Notes under the pieces: model-generated | What the model was told of the DNA's origin: nothing | Seen by the model: the letters and a program-made list of their open reading frames with translations, nothing else | Databases searched by the model: none | Made by a program: the position numbers and the translations under genes | Source: Guillardia theta CCMP2712 | Taxonomy: Eukaryota > Protista > Cryptophyta | Direction: 5' to 3' | NCBI RefSeq assembly: GCF_000315625.1 | Contig: NW_005434603.1 | Location: 62,001 to 126,000, forward strand | DNA length: 64,000 bases | In this document: piece after piece, positions 38,073 to 50,903 of the stretch | Position numbering within the stretch: position 1 is the stretch's first letter | Layout: the number at the start of each line of letters is the position of its first letter

Positions 38073-39733
38073 ACCATACCGTATCGTAGTTGGTGGCCTC
38101 GAAGACCTCCCTGCTTGCGTGCTCCTCTTTCATCGCCTCATAGATCGAGAAGGACGGCAGGCCGATCATGCCTTCCAGTCCTTGCTTGAACAGCTCCAGT
38201 CCCCCAAAGTTGCCCACCACCACCTACCATCTCATTCAAATTCGATTTCCTCTCCTCTTCTCGTTTCCTCGTGAGCTCTCCCACCTTACCGTCCCATCCT
38301 TGCCCTCCTCCCAGCCCATTCCCTCCTCACTTCCTCTTTGCCTCCTCCATCTGACCTGTCAACTCCTGCGTTCTTCCCTCACCCCTTTCCCACCTCCTCA
38401 CCTTGGCAAATTTGTCGTTGCCAGAATGGACCTCGGGCTCGTCGGCCCCGCGCAGCACCGCCCTCTCAGCGCGGATCCCATCATGCAGGCAGCCAGCAAT
38501 CTCCTCCTCCAGTCCCCTCAGGCTCTCCGTCACCTCTTGGAGATCCATCGAGCTCAGTCTCATCCACAGATCGTCCCCCATGTCCTTGTTTACAAGGTCC
38601 CTCCTCCATGTTCGCTCCAACAGCCTTCCGGCAATCTTCTTTGCTACCTCCTTCTCCCTGAACACCTTCTCTATCCACAGCTCAAACGAGATCCTTGACT
38701 CGTCCAGCACAATCTTCTGCTCGTGTCAGAAAACGTCAGAGCTTCGAACGAGCTACAACAAGTCAGGGAACAACATCCCCTTCAACCCCCCGACAAGATG
38801 TGAAAAGATTTCATCACCTTCAGCTCCATCCCATACAGCGTGAGTAGACACTCCAAGTCTGAGCTCTGCTCTTCTCCAGCTGCCCCTGCCCCTGCCCCTG
38901 CCCCTGCCCCTGCCCCTGCCCCTTCCCCTGCCCCTGCTCCCGCTTCTCCTCCTGCTTCTCCAGTCAGCCCTGCTCCTTGCGTTTCATGATTCTCATTGTC
39001 ATGGGGCGTCGCTATAGCAAGACATCGTCAGGCATCCTCTAGCTCAGGTCAACATCACACCTGCTATGTTATCATCATCTCGCGCCTCCCCATCGCTTTC
39101 TTCCCTCCCTGTACGGCGGGCATCGTTGATAGGAGATGACGAGGCTAGGTTCCAGTCCTTCAGCAGCAGCCCATGGGCAGCTCCTCTCCCCCCCCCTCCT
39201 CCTCCATCCTCCTTGGCTCGTGCAAAGTTGTTTCCTTTCCCTGAACCGAACTTGCTCCACGCGGACAGGACGGCCTCTCGAGCCGACCAAGTCACCCCCT
39301 CGTTGAAACCTTTCGGTCGAAAGATGTCGGCCATGCTTCCCGGACTCCTCAGCTTACTCAGGATCGCTGTGCCTTCGCCTTCGGGCCTGTGAGGTTGCAT
39401 CTCCTCCGAACTCAGCGACGAGGGGTTCGATGAAGACAAGGATGACGCCGAGGTCTTTCTGGAACCAACGGGGTCCCTCTGCAGTCGTTCGTACATGACG
39501 TGTGCTTGCTGCAGCACCTGGTCGAATTCCTTAGCTGTCAACCTGCTTCTTCTTCTCTTTTTCTCCTCAGCTTCTTCCTGTCTCCTCGGCTCTGCCTTGC
39601 AATTCATTAGCTCGATCTGCAGCTTCGCTATCTCAAGATCGAGCCTCGTTGCTCCTGCGCTCATCCCTGCCCCTCCCGTCGGAAGATTGCCCATCAGCTC
39701 CCGGATGTTTCCCACGAGAGCAATCGGATCCAT
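34952..39733 (-). CDS. Mono-ADP-ribosyltransferase (R-S-E clade) plus C-terminal ankyrin repeats, multi-exon
   Basis: EVIALRLYTG|PMYVLYN; KVYRG; FMSTS; SQYPKENEILFPPL (ExE). Ankyrin units ETALIRAASQG, GYTALNSAATGG, GETPLHSSCLQG, GMTPVLCASRGGH, GKNCLHVAALHGH, GWTCVHHACEGG. Confidence 0.85.
37983..38072 (+). repeat. (TGC)30 intronic trinucleotide repeat
   Basis: Perfect tract inside an intron of the ART gene. Confidence 0.95.
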
Positions 39734-41038
39734 CCTGACGTTCCGTGCGATGCAACTTGATAGAAAGCTGCGCACACAGACGTCTTGATACAGAAAAGTC
39801 CCGTCGATGAGAGGAGGAGGAGGGGCAGGATGAAATTAATCCGAGGCGGCAGGTGCACAGGAAGCCGCGGGCGCTACAGGGCGAAGCTGCTGCGTCACAA
39901 AGACTCCAATCAATCGATCATGTCACCATGCTCTTTGACCGAGCAGGCGAAGTCCTGAGAAACTTCTCAGCACAGAGGAAAGAAGAGGATGAATGGGAGA
40001 AAGCACTAAAACAAACAGCAACAGAGAGCCGGCTATCAGACCCATAAGGTCTATCATTCCCTCCTCTCCCCACTTCCTCCTCTCCCATCCCTCTACTCAT
40101 CGCTCTTGCTAAGGTTTCCCCTCTCCTTTCTTCTCCCCGCCATATCCACCCGATCCTATCCCTGCCTCGCCACTGCCCCCCTCCTGCTCTCCCATTGCTG
40201 CCTTCCTGCCATTGTGTACCCATGACACCCAATTTACTGGCGAAAAAAAAAAAAAGATATCATTTAAAATTCAATTTACTGGCCGAAAAAAAGATATCAT
40301 TTAAAATTATAAAGATACTTTAACTCAACTTTGAGTCTCAGTACTAAATGGCGCCCGGACAGCGACCGGTCCGGCTGTGCCTGTAAATTGGCGGGTTTGA
40401 AAGATCAGTGAGCCCTGCATGCGTCAGCCTTCACGAAAACAGAGCTTTTCGTGTGCAAGTAGGCTATCATGTAACGGATATTTGGACCCCTACCTCCCCT
40501 TTGGGGGCCATAGTCTTATCTCCGCACTGGGGTCATCGAGTCGTACTACGACCCTCGACCCTATGACCCCACCCTACTTTCAGAGGATGTCCTTATTCTG
40601 TTTCCTCAGGGTATGATATTCTTTGATTGCCGTCAAGATAAAGATTCATCATATCTAGACTTTGGCATGCTTACATCACCCCCACCCCTCCCTTGCAACA
40701 AAAGGAAGCCTCGAGTTTTTACGGGACTCCGTGCTTGATTTGCCCCCTCCCCCCGCGCCACCACCTCCTCTTCCTTTCCTCTGCCACTTGAAACTGCTCT
40801 ACTGCCCCCATCTTTGACGTGCTTCACGTTTTGTATCTCCTTGTGCTCCTTCCACGTATTCTATCCTTTTATAGGGATTTCAACAGCACCTCCTCCACCC
40901 CACCAGTCCCCGGTTCTCCGTGGTTTCCTGAGGTTGTGCCTTCACGCTAGCAACCGGACTTTCACCTCCTCATTCGACAGTCAAGAGACTCATCTGTCTA
41001 TTTGCTACCAGACAACTCCTTGTGTTTGATAGTTCTTT

Positions 41039-41467
41039 ATGGATACGCCTACTGTTACAGACGATATACTCTTTCTTGCGAACCTCAAGCCAAAGCGCCT
41101 CTTTCTTCCCCAAGCCAAAAGGATACAAAAATTCGCTCACACACAGCAGATCCCCAAGACTGCACGAGCGAAGTCTTTCATCCCCTCTACTTTTCCAAAT
41201 GGCCGTCTCGATAGGTCAGCTTCAGCCGTCAGTCCATCTTCACCTGGCTGCCCTCATGACCACAAGTCGTTCTCGCCCTTCCACCTTCAACAAGAACCCC
41301 TTTCTCCTGTTCAGCAGTCGAGGAAGAAGGTGCTAATGAGGACCAACTCAGAGCGAGTGATTCATCCGGGAGACTTCGTCTTTCACTCTTCACCCATGCA
41401 CTTCCTCGAGTCTCTGAACCTCCACAGGTATTCCAATGCCAACGACACGATTAAGTACTTCGGATGA
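41039..41467 (+). CDS. Small intronless hypothetical protein (142 aa)
   Basis: ATG ORF with non-repetitive composition; AATAAA downstream near 41534. Confidence 0.4.
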   Translation: MDTPTVTDDILFLANLKPKRLFLPQAKRIQKFAHTQQIPKTARAKSFIPSTFPNGRLDRSASAVSPSSPGCPHDHKSFSPFHLQQEPLSPVQQSRKKVLMRTNSERVIHPGDFVFHSSPMHFLESLNLHRYSNANDTIKYFG

Positions 41468-41798
41468 TTGCAAGCTGAGCATGATGCAAGATGTGTGACC
41501 GTACTTTGTGACTTGTCACAACGTTTATGACTCAATAAAATTATGTCTGTCATGTACGCTCGCCGCTTCGAGGCTGCTGACAGCCTGAGTTGGTTGGTAA
41601 GTCGAAATCAGTCCTGAGCCTCAGCATCCATCACGCGGCCACTCACCTTGAGAAGGGCTCGACGACCGCGGGGATCGGACAGGGGACGGTGACATGTCAC
41701 TGATTGTCCTCGTACTGATTTTTAACTTAACTTTGAGTAAAAAGTCACTGACGGTCACGGTGCACAACGGCAGTGCCACGGTGGCGACTCAAGTTGCG

Positions 41799-42696
41799 NN
41801 NNNNNNNNNNNNNNNNNNNNNNNNNNNNNNNNNNNNNNNNNNNNNNNNNNNNNNNNNNNNNNNNNNNNNNNNNNNNNNNNNNNNNNNNNNNNNNNNNNNN
41901 NNNNNNNNNNNNNNNNNNNNNNNNNNNNNNNNNNNNNNNNNNNNNNNNNNNNNNNNNNNNNNNNNNNNNNNNNNNNNNNNNNNNNNNNNNNNNNNNNNNN
42001 NNNNNNNNNNNNNNNNNNNNNNNNNNNNNNNNNNNNNNNNNNNNNNNNNNNNNNNNNNNNNNNNNNNNNNNNNNNNNNNNNNNNNNNNNNNNNNNNNNNN
42101 NNNNNNNNNNNNNNNNNNNNNNNNNNNNNNNNNNNNNNNNNNNNNNNNNNNNNNNNNNNNNNNNNNNNNNNNNNNNNNNNNNNNNNNNNNNNNNNNNNNN
42201 NNNNNNNNNNNNNNNNNNNNNNNNNNNNNNNNNNNNNNNNNNNNNNNNNNNNNNNNNNNNNNNNNNNNNNNNNNNNNNNNNNNNNNNNNNNNNNNNNNNN
42301 NNNNNNNNNNNNNNNNNNNNNNNNNNNNNNNNNNNNNNNNNNNNNNNNNNNNNNNNNNNNNNNNNNNNNNNNNNNNNNNNNNNNNNNNNNNNNNNNNNNN
42401 NNNNNNNNNNNNNNNNNNNNNNNNNNNNNNNNNNNNNNNNNNNNNNNNNNNNNNNNNNNNNNNNNNNNNNNNNNNNNNNNNNNNNNNNNNNNNNNNNNNN
42501 NNNNNNNNNNNNNNNNNNNNNNNNNNNNNNNNNNNNNNNNNNNNNNNNNNNNNNNNNNNNNNNNNNNNNNNNNNNNNNNNNNNNNNNNNNNNNNNNNNNN
42601 NNNNNNNNNNNNNNNNNNNNNNNNNNNNNNNNNNNNNNNNNNNNNNNNNNNNNNNNNNNNNNNNNNNNNNNNNNNNNNNNNNNNNNNNNNNNNNNG
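41799..42696. other. Assembly gap (898 N) inside a GC-rich island
   Basis: N run with island-type sequence on both flanks. Confidence 0.95.
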
Positions 42697-43255
42697 GCGG
42701 CCCCCGGCGCCTCCGCCTCCCAACCGTCTGTGCCACGGCCCGCCGGGCCGGGCCCAGCGCCTCTCTGGCCGCCAGGGCCGCGGGCGGCCCCGGCGGCGCG
42801 GCCACTGCAATGCCGGACTCACCGCCGTGACTGGCCTGAGGGCGGCCAGCCACCCGGTGTCGCCGGACCCGCAGCCTATATTGAAATTAGTTGAATTATG
42901 CGATCTACATTTCAAATTTTCATCTGCATTCGTCAAAAAATTCAGCCAGAGTGATCCCTCATCAACTGCTTGGCATGGCGGGAAAGAACTTGGATGCCCT
43001 CACTGTAAAGAATGCAGTCCCAGAGGAGGGGAGAAGCCTGAGATGAGGAGATAGATGAGAGAAGAGGAGAGCAGGAGAGCAGAAAGGATGGAAAGGAGAG
43101 GATGGAGAGGAGAGCAAAGGAGAGGTGTGTCATGTAGGGGAGAGCCAAGGAGAGGAGTGGTAGAGAGATTGGAGGTCGTGACTTCCTCGATAACATACTT
43201 CTTCCATATTGTGAGAAATACTTGTCTGCTTGTCAGGGCCACTACCTGATAGGAG

Positions 43256-43789
43256 ATGAGTATGTACGTTCGCATCAAGAGGCAAAGGCGAACAATCTTC
43301 CTGAGTTGTAAGATTTACTCCCCTCGCCATCCCTCTTGGTGGTCTGACATGCCTCCAGGCGAGCCGTCAGACACATTCTCAAAGCTCAAGGCAAAAGTTG
43401 CGAGCATTTCATCTACCGAGGTCGTTTTCCTCTATGATCGGTCTTCGAGTCCGAGATCCTGACTTAGTTGGTCATCTTCAGCCAGACAAGGTCCGGCTAT
43501 TAACTATCGTTGATCAGATCAACTGCGAAGATGCCAAGGTGAGTTCATTCTCTTGGAAACACAGCAATCACGAGAGCCTCTGCAGACATTGAGAGACTTG
43601 AAGATCGAAGACGGAGCGATCCTAGCGTTGGTACTCCCCGATTCCTCAAAGGTACTGAGGATTCTGCAACGTGGGCAGTGTGATATTTTGTGACGGCGAG
43701 TGCAGGATGGGGGATGGGAGAGTATTGACATTGTTGAACCGACACCTGATGTACTGCAGGAAAGCGATTCACTTGCTGAAACGAAATGA
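43256..43789 (+). CDS. Elongin-B-like ubiquitin-fold protein, 5 exons
   Basis: Spliced MSMYVRIKRQRRTIFLS|CEPSDTFSKLKAKVASISSTE|PDKVRLLTIVDQINCEDAK|TLRDLKIEDGAILALVLPDSSK|DGGWESIDIVEPTPDVLQESDSLAETK*; all introns GT-AG. Confidence 0.8.
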
Positions 43790-44040
43790 GAAGCTTGTTC
43801 ATGAACGTGACCATGAGGACGCATGAGCACAAACCATGCTTCAACATGACGAGGCAAGTTGGCTGTGCAGCACGTATGCACGTTCGCCGATGGCACCGGG
43901 GCAATGGATTTAGAATGATAGGTTGCAAAGATTAGAGGACCACACAAAGGACGTTGTAGAGAGTTTCAAATCAAATTTCACAACATTTACATGAAAATCT
44001 TAAAGAACAACACATCGTTTTGGATCAACCACGTCGCTGA

Positions 44041-45808
44041 TCATGGTGCCGGCAAGAATATTCTACTACGAGGAGATGAGGTGTCGTAGATTGCCTGTGA
44101 ATCATGACTGTTAGTTCGCCAGAGATAGAAGTTTGAGCCAACTGATGTTCACCTTGCGATCAGCCGGTGTCGAAGCTAGGGGGCTGCAGAAGAATAGGGA
44201 AGGCAATCTCTTTTCCCTAGGTGAAAGGGGTTGAGGGTACAAAACTTCTCTTGTACCCTCCACTTACTGCATGAAGCATGCCGAATCGAAGTTTTTGGAA
44301 GCATTCTCCCCCCCAACAAGCAGGTGAAATTCATTATGATAACCCTGAACAGACAAAGGGCATAAAAAAAAAACAAGTCGCTCAAGGAAGATTGCGCAAT
44401 CAGAAACATTTCCCTCACCGTGTTATAAATGCCCCACGTGTTAGTATGCAGCCAGCGCACCCTCCACATGGAACTTGATTGTGAGCAGTAAGAGCTCCAG
44501 TAGTAGTGTGTAAAGAACGCAACTTACCTATCCCCGAAATGATCTTCGAGCAGAGTTCCAGGTCCATCATCACCAGGAAACCTGCACGCAGGGAAAAAAT
44601 CATATCAGGTGTCCTTGTCACATGTTGCACCTGGAGCGACAACCTGCACTGGCCAGATGCCATGTAGGCATCGAGATCGAGCGTAACGAGTAGACCTGGC
44701 CTGCAGCATACAATCATTATCAAATCTGTCTATTTACATGCAACATGTGCCTTACCTCGCGTTGTCTTTTCCGACCTTGATTGGTCCCATATCAAAATTT
44801 TGTTCGCGCCTCGGTGAAGTAGGGGATTGTGAGATCGCCTGGTAAATAGCTGTGAGAAACCTCCGATGGCTCTCGGGCCTGCAAGAAGACCTGCATGAAC
44901 GTGAGGGCGTACTGGACCCCCGCGTGGAAGCTCCTGTGGACGGGTGAGGTCAACGCTAGCAACTGGATGGATCGGGTCTCCTTACCCAGGGTTGCTCTTT
45001 GCCCTCATGAACGTCTTGAATGATTTCGTTCCACTCCCAGCACGAGAAAATGATCTGCAAGCGCTCATGAGCTCCCCGGAGAGACACAGCAACTACGAAT
45101 CATACTTTGAAGGGCTGCCCGGTAGATGCACCGGCGAATGTTGGAGGTCGCTGCTCGGCGTCCTCTCTTTGAACATCTCCACAGCCATAGCCATCTGCTC
45201 TGACTGCAAAGAGGCTTGAAAATCAGGGAGTATGCCAAGGTATCAAGACAGCTTACCACTGCTTCATCTGCCGTCTTCTTGATATGGATGCGAACGTCGT
45301 CGGACATATTTTCGTACAATTTGGAAGCAAGGACAGAGTACTTTTCCAGGATCTCATAAAAATCATTGCGCTCAAGCTCAAGTAGCAGGCACTGGTCGAG
45401 GGCGAACGCATCAGCTTTCCTTCCTTCCTGGAGCATGAGCCCCAGTTCTCCCAAGTAAGATCCTTTCTCCAGAACGACGACCTGCTTGCCCTGGACTCGG
45501 ATAGAGATCCTACCTTCGTTGACAAAGTACATGCTCGTGCCCTTCTCCCCTTCAAAGAAAAGAAACTCTCCGGATGGAAGAGTGAGCGGCTTCAGAAACT
45601 TCGTGATCTCTTGGCAGCAAGCAAAGCCCATGTCGCTGAAGGCGGGTGGCACATGCCATATCCCCGACCACCCAGACACGTTCTTTGCTCCATTGACAAT
45701 CATCTCATCACTTCCTCCTCTCTTCTTTTCTCTTCCTCTCGTCTCCTCCTTCACTCTCAATGCTCCCACGCTCCCCCCACTCGCCATCACTGACCCCCCA
45801 CAGCCCAT
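44041..45808 (-). CDS. N-acylated cyclic-nucleotide-binding protein with a possible Mib/Herc2-like domain (3' end approximate)
   Basis: MGCGGS start; GEFLFFEGEKGTSMYFVNEG..GSYLGELGLM..RKADAFA; downstream spliced FPGDDGPGTLL..WRVRWLHTNTWGIYNT|GYHNEFHL. Confidence 0.7.
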
Positions 45809-46707
45809 CTCGATTGCTTGTGATTTATGCGGCGCCTCGAGTCACAACCGCCTTTTTCAATTCCCCCCCCAAATATTTTCAAGTACCCCCACCCGTTTGA
45901 CTGTTTGTGTGGTATCAATCTTTCCCCAATTTGTATGAAATCAGAGCCATGGAAGGAAAACCTCCCTTTAAATTTCAAACATATTTGACTAAGCGAAGGA
46001 TCACTTCCATGGGAAGGATTCGCTTGGAATTTAAATTTTTTTGATAAGGAATCGAAACCACATTCTTTCGTGATCCAAGAGGAGCTAGGCTTACATCACC
46101 CCCCACCATCCAAATGTAAGATAAAATAACCGGTACTTCGGATCAGAGACGTTGCGACCCCCCACTGCTTGTGCCTCGGAAGTTGTCATGTACCCACTCA
46201 GACTACCCTACCCCTTACCAAAGCACACCCTACCCACCACTACCGTACTTTTGTGCATCAAAACATACCCTTGTGGTTAAAGTTGTGTTACCCTACCCCC
46301 CCTTTATAGGCAACATCCAATCCAATCCCGAAGGCACTTTTTAGTGATGACTGGGGTACGTGGAAAGTGCATGAGAAAACGGTTTTTCATTGCAACGGTT
46401 ACGAGAGCAGCAGCTAGTACGGTTATACATCCGTTGAAATCTCCTGGTCATTTTGCCCTTGGATTGTAGCCAACGGAAATGCATAAGGGGAGCAAGGGGA
46501 AGGAAGGGGAGGGACTGAGGCACTTTTGCTTGTTGCGGAGGATCATCGTCGGTGGCAGAGGGTCCTGAGCAGAGGACAGGAGAGAGGATGCTGGTAGGGC
46601 GAGGAAGGAACGACCCATCGGATTTCCTTTGACTTGGAGCACAATCCCATCCTAGCACCTAGAAGTGTCGCCCTCCCCTGTTGGCCGTCCGTCCTCTCAG
46701 CTCGGGG

Positions 46708-49700
46708 ATGGAAGCCTTTCTAGCAAGACACTTCGAGCGCAAGGCGATGGCGGATGTCAACTTGCTGGTGAGACAGAAGTCGATGAGAGAGATGCTTGTC
46801 GATGAGCAGCAAATCGCTGCCGCTGCAGCAGCAGCAGCAGCTGCTGCTGCTGCAGGAAAAGACAGGCCCGAGCGAAGGTTCTTGTTCGCGTCAGCGAAGC
46901 GGATGAAGGACGTCCCTGACTATGACAAGAACACGACGGTGCTTCGCTCTGAGAGTGGTATCGATCCATCTGCATTCACCTGTGCATCCTTCCAACCCCC
47001 CGTCTCCCTCCATCCCTCCATCCCCGTCTCCCTCCATCCCTCCATCCCCGTCTCCCTCCATCCCTCCATCCCCGTCTCCATCCATCAATCCGTGAAGTTT
47101 TCCATCTCACGTTTGTCTTCCTTCTCCTCCTCCACCACCATCACTACCACCATCATTCATCTACCACCACTAGAAGAAGTGTAGATAATGATCCTCAATC
47201 GTTTCATCCTAGGCGTCCTGGATCTCAACCATCTGGTAGACTCCAACCAGCTTGAGGAGCAGCGGAAGGCGGGAGAGACAGGGTTCCGCTTCCTCGACTA
47301 CAACAACCTGGAGGTGCTCGAAACGGTCCTGCATGAGAGGGACGGCATAGTGGAGGGCATTCGCCGCCATATCGACGTTAAGAATGTGATGACTTCAGCT
47401 CACAGCTTTCCTCTGCTTCACCTCGCTATTTCCCACCCTGCTCTCATTCTCTCTTCCTCTCCGGCTGTATGGCCCTTCCCCTGAGCTCCTCGTGCGTATT
47501 CTGTCCCCCTCCCTCTCCCTCTCTCTCCCTCCTCCTCCTCTCTCTTCCTCTCCTCTCTCTCTCCGTCGCTGTGCTCTGAGCGCACGTTGTCAGGAGCGAG
47601 ATAGCAAGAGGGACATCATCTGGATCAGGCCCAGAGACGCCGAACAACATCACACCAAGTGAGGAGGAAGGGAGCGGGGGAGAGAGGAGGGCAGGATAGA
47701 GGAGGGAAGGACGGGGGGGCAGGGGAGGAGGTCTCAAAGTTGAGTCTCGACATGCAGGACAAGGATAAGGAAGGAGAGTGTCCGGTGCGACCTGCTGGAA
47801 AACGGCAAATGGACGACCGGAGAGCTTAAAGACGGGAGCACAAAGTCGTACAGATTCGTCCTCAAGGCAGAGGTGATGGAGGACGGGCCCCCAGCCCTGA
47901 GGATCGAAGTGACAGGTCGGAGGAGGAAGGGAGGAGGAGGAGGAGGGAGGGGGGGGGGGGGGGGAGTGACTTGCAAGGAGACTGGGAGATGAACGACAAC
48001 GGGGAAGATGGGCTGGGGAGGGGAGGGGAAGGGAGGAACTAGTGGAGGATGGGACGCTTACATGCGCACTGCGAGCAGGTCAGACAGAGAAGGACGATCC
48101 TGACATCGTGGTCTCGACCTATGAGATTCCAAAGCAGAACAGTTTCCAGGTCTGACGCTCTCCTGCCCTCACTTCATGTGCTTCCTCCTCCTGCCCTGTC
48201 CTCTGCTGATAGATCAGCTCATCCCATCCCTCCACCTCCACCTCCACCATCATCTCCACCACCACCACTCTCCACCTCTACCTCCATCTCCATCTCCACC
48301 TCCACCTTTGATGGTTCTGCGCAGTGGAGAAGCATGGGATCAGGAGAAGATTTCATAGAGATCGTTCCGTCGGACTCCCAGTATCGTCTTGGAACCTACT
48401 ACATCACAGTCTGCGCGTGCACCCCCGACTGCAAATATAAGATCAGAGTGAGGACTGTTTTCCTCCCCTTCCACTTCCTCTTCCTCTTCCTCTTCTTCTT
48501 TCCTCTCCCTCTTCCTTTCCTCCTTTCCTTCCTCTCTCTCATATCTTCTTCATCCTCTCCACTTCCTCCCGCTGTTCTTCTTCCTTGCCCTCTACCTGCT
48601 GATCTACACCATTTCCTTCATTTCATTTTCTTGCTTTCCTACTTCCCTCCTCTTTCGGCATCGCCTAGCCGTCTCCTCCTCCTCCTCCTCCTCCTCCTCC
48701 TCCTCCTTCTCCTCCTCCACTCTCCGCTCTCCGCTCTCCGTTCTCCGCTCCTGCCACTACCGGCCCCTCATCGCTCCCTGCAGCCTCCCTCTCTGCTCGC
48801 TGCTCACATTTCCACAGGTTGCCTCTGGCAACTTTGACAGGGAGGCGAACCTGATCAGAAGGCTGGCGATCTTTGACGCAAGTGAGGACGAGACAGAGAT
48901 GTCTTGTTGATGTTCTTGTTTCTCCTGCACTCTTGTTTCGCTGTCTTCCTGCTGTTCTTTCTGGGATCGTTGTGCAAGATGTGAAGGATGAAGATAAAGA
49001 TGATGATGATGATGGTCGTAATCGATGATTCATAGCGATACAACTCAGTTCCATGCTCTCCTCTGATGTCAGCCAACTGTCACTGCATTTGAGCTTTTAA
49101 TCTTTGCGATTGTTCTCTTCCTCACCTCCGACGTTTCAGCATATCAAGGCATCAAGTCTTTCATATCCTCTGCCAACGAAAGGCGGGTGAGCGAAATCTG
49201 GGTAGAGGAGAGGTGGGGAGGGTGAGGAGACGAGGCAGAGGGGAAGGAGCAAGTGCGGGAAGGAAGGAGGAGAAAGCCTGCAATGGAGAGAGGAAGCGTC
49301 ATGGTGGGCGGAGAGAGAGAGGACGAGGATGAAAATTTGAGAGGAATGGAAAACGGAGGATGAGATTTTAGAGGAAGTGGAGAGAGGTGACTAACAAGGA
49401 GGAGGAGGAGACAGTCGTTGACAAGCAGGAGAAGGAAAAGGAGGAGGAGGAGGGGGAGGGAAGCGTAGACTGAAGATTGCTCCTGTAGGTTGCTTCTCGT
49501 GGAGGAATTTCGTGGCGTCAGTACATGAGGAGCACTTCCGCCATGCTCCGTCCCGCCAGCGCCATGTCGCGCTCCTCCTCCCTCCCTCCTCCGCCCCTCC
49601 GCCCCTTCAGCAGCCTCGAGCTCCATGACAAGGAGGGAGAGGAGGAGAGGACGGGAGAGTGGCTGAGGGAGGAGGCGGAGCTGGCGGAGGAGGGGAGCAC

Positions 49701-50024
49701 GGACGTCGAGGGGAGGATGGAGATAGTCCAGGAGCTTCGGACTCAGTCCAGGCCGAGCTCGTCGCTGCAGCGGAAGATGTCGGTGGAGAGTTTGGATCTC
49801 AATTCCTCGAAGACAAGAAGAGGAGGAGGTTCGGGCGACCTGTCTCGCAGACTGTCCGTGGGGAGAAGCGAGGAGAAGATTGATGCGGCTAGAGGACGTC
49901 CGGTTTCGCCCTACAAGGTGAGAGGGAGAGGCGAGAAGGAGGAGGAGACAAGTGAGGGAGAAAATTGCAAGTCAAGTAAGAGGTGGGAGAAGGTTGGTGG
50001 TGGAGGGGCAGATGAAAATCAGAT

Positions 50025-50064
<40 letters not shown>

Positions 50065-50868
50065 GCTGACGGAGGCGTCCAACAGGAAGTGGCTCAGAAC
50101 GTCCTCTCCTTGTCAAGATCCTCGCGGGAAGAGTCGCCGCTAGGACGACAAGGAGCGTTGAGGAAGATGCAGGAAGCCTTCAAGACTGTCGACGAGGTCA
50201 CGGTGATAAACATGTTGCATACTGGTGCCTCCTCCTTCTTGAGGAAGGGAAGAGAGAGGGAAGGAAAGGGAAGGGGGAGAGGGGGAAGATATGCAATGAG
50301 GCACAGCTGAGGGAGGAGGAGCAGAGGAGGGAATTGGTTGTGTGGAGGGGAGAAGAATGGGGAAGGTGGAAGGAGGAGGATGGGGAATGGAAAAGAAGGA
50401 AAAGACGAGTGGAGGAGGAGGGGGAGGGGGAGGGGGAGGAAGAAGAGGCGTTTGAGCTGAAGGAGATACAGAAACACAATCAGACAAAAGTGGTCTGGGT
50501 ATGCAAGGAGGGGCCGATCAAGTCGAGAGCAGATCTGTACAGGATGACGGTNNNNNNNNNNNNNNNNNNNNNNNNNNNNNNNNNNNNNNNNNNNNNNNNN
50601 NNNNNNNNNNNNNNNNNNNNNNNNNNNNNNNNNNNNNNNNNNNNNNNNNNNGGTTCCATGATGCTGTCGCTGCTGCAGATTCTTATGCTCAGCAACCCTC
50701 CTCCCATCCCTCCCCGATGCGACTACGATCTCTACAACGACGAGAAGTCCGGCGTGAGTTGGTGGTGGTTGAAGGCAGGAGACGAAGAGGAGGAAGAGAG
50801 TGCTTGGTGGAGAAGAGGAGAGGAGTATTTGTTGGCGACAAGGAGGGAAGCAGAAAGGGACGAGGACA

Positions 50869-50903
<35 letters not shown>

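Noticed and set aside
41694-42936. Long ORFs spanning the N run
   Set aside because: Artefacts of the assembly gap.
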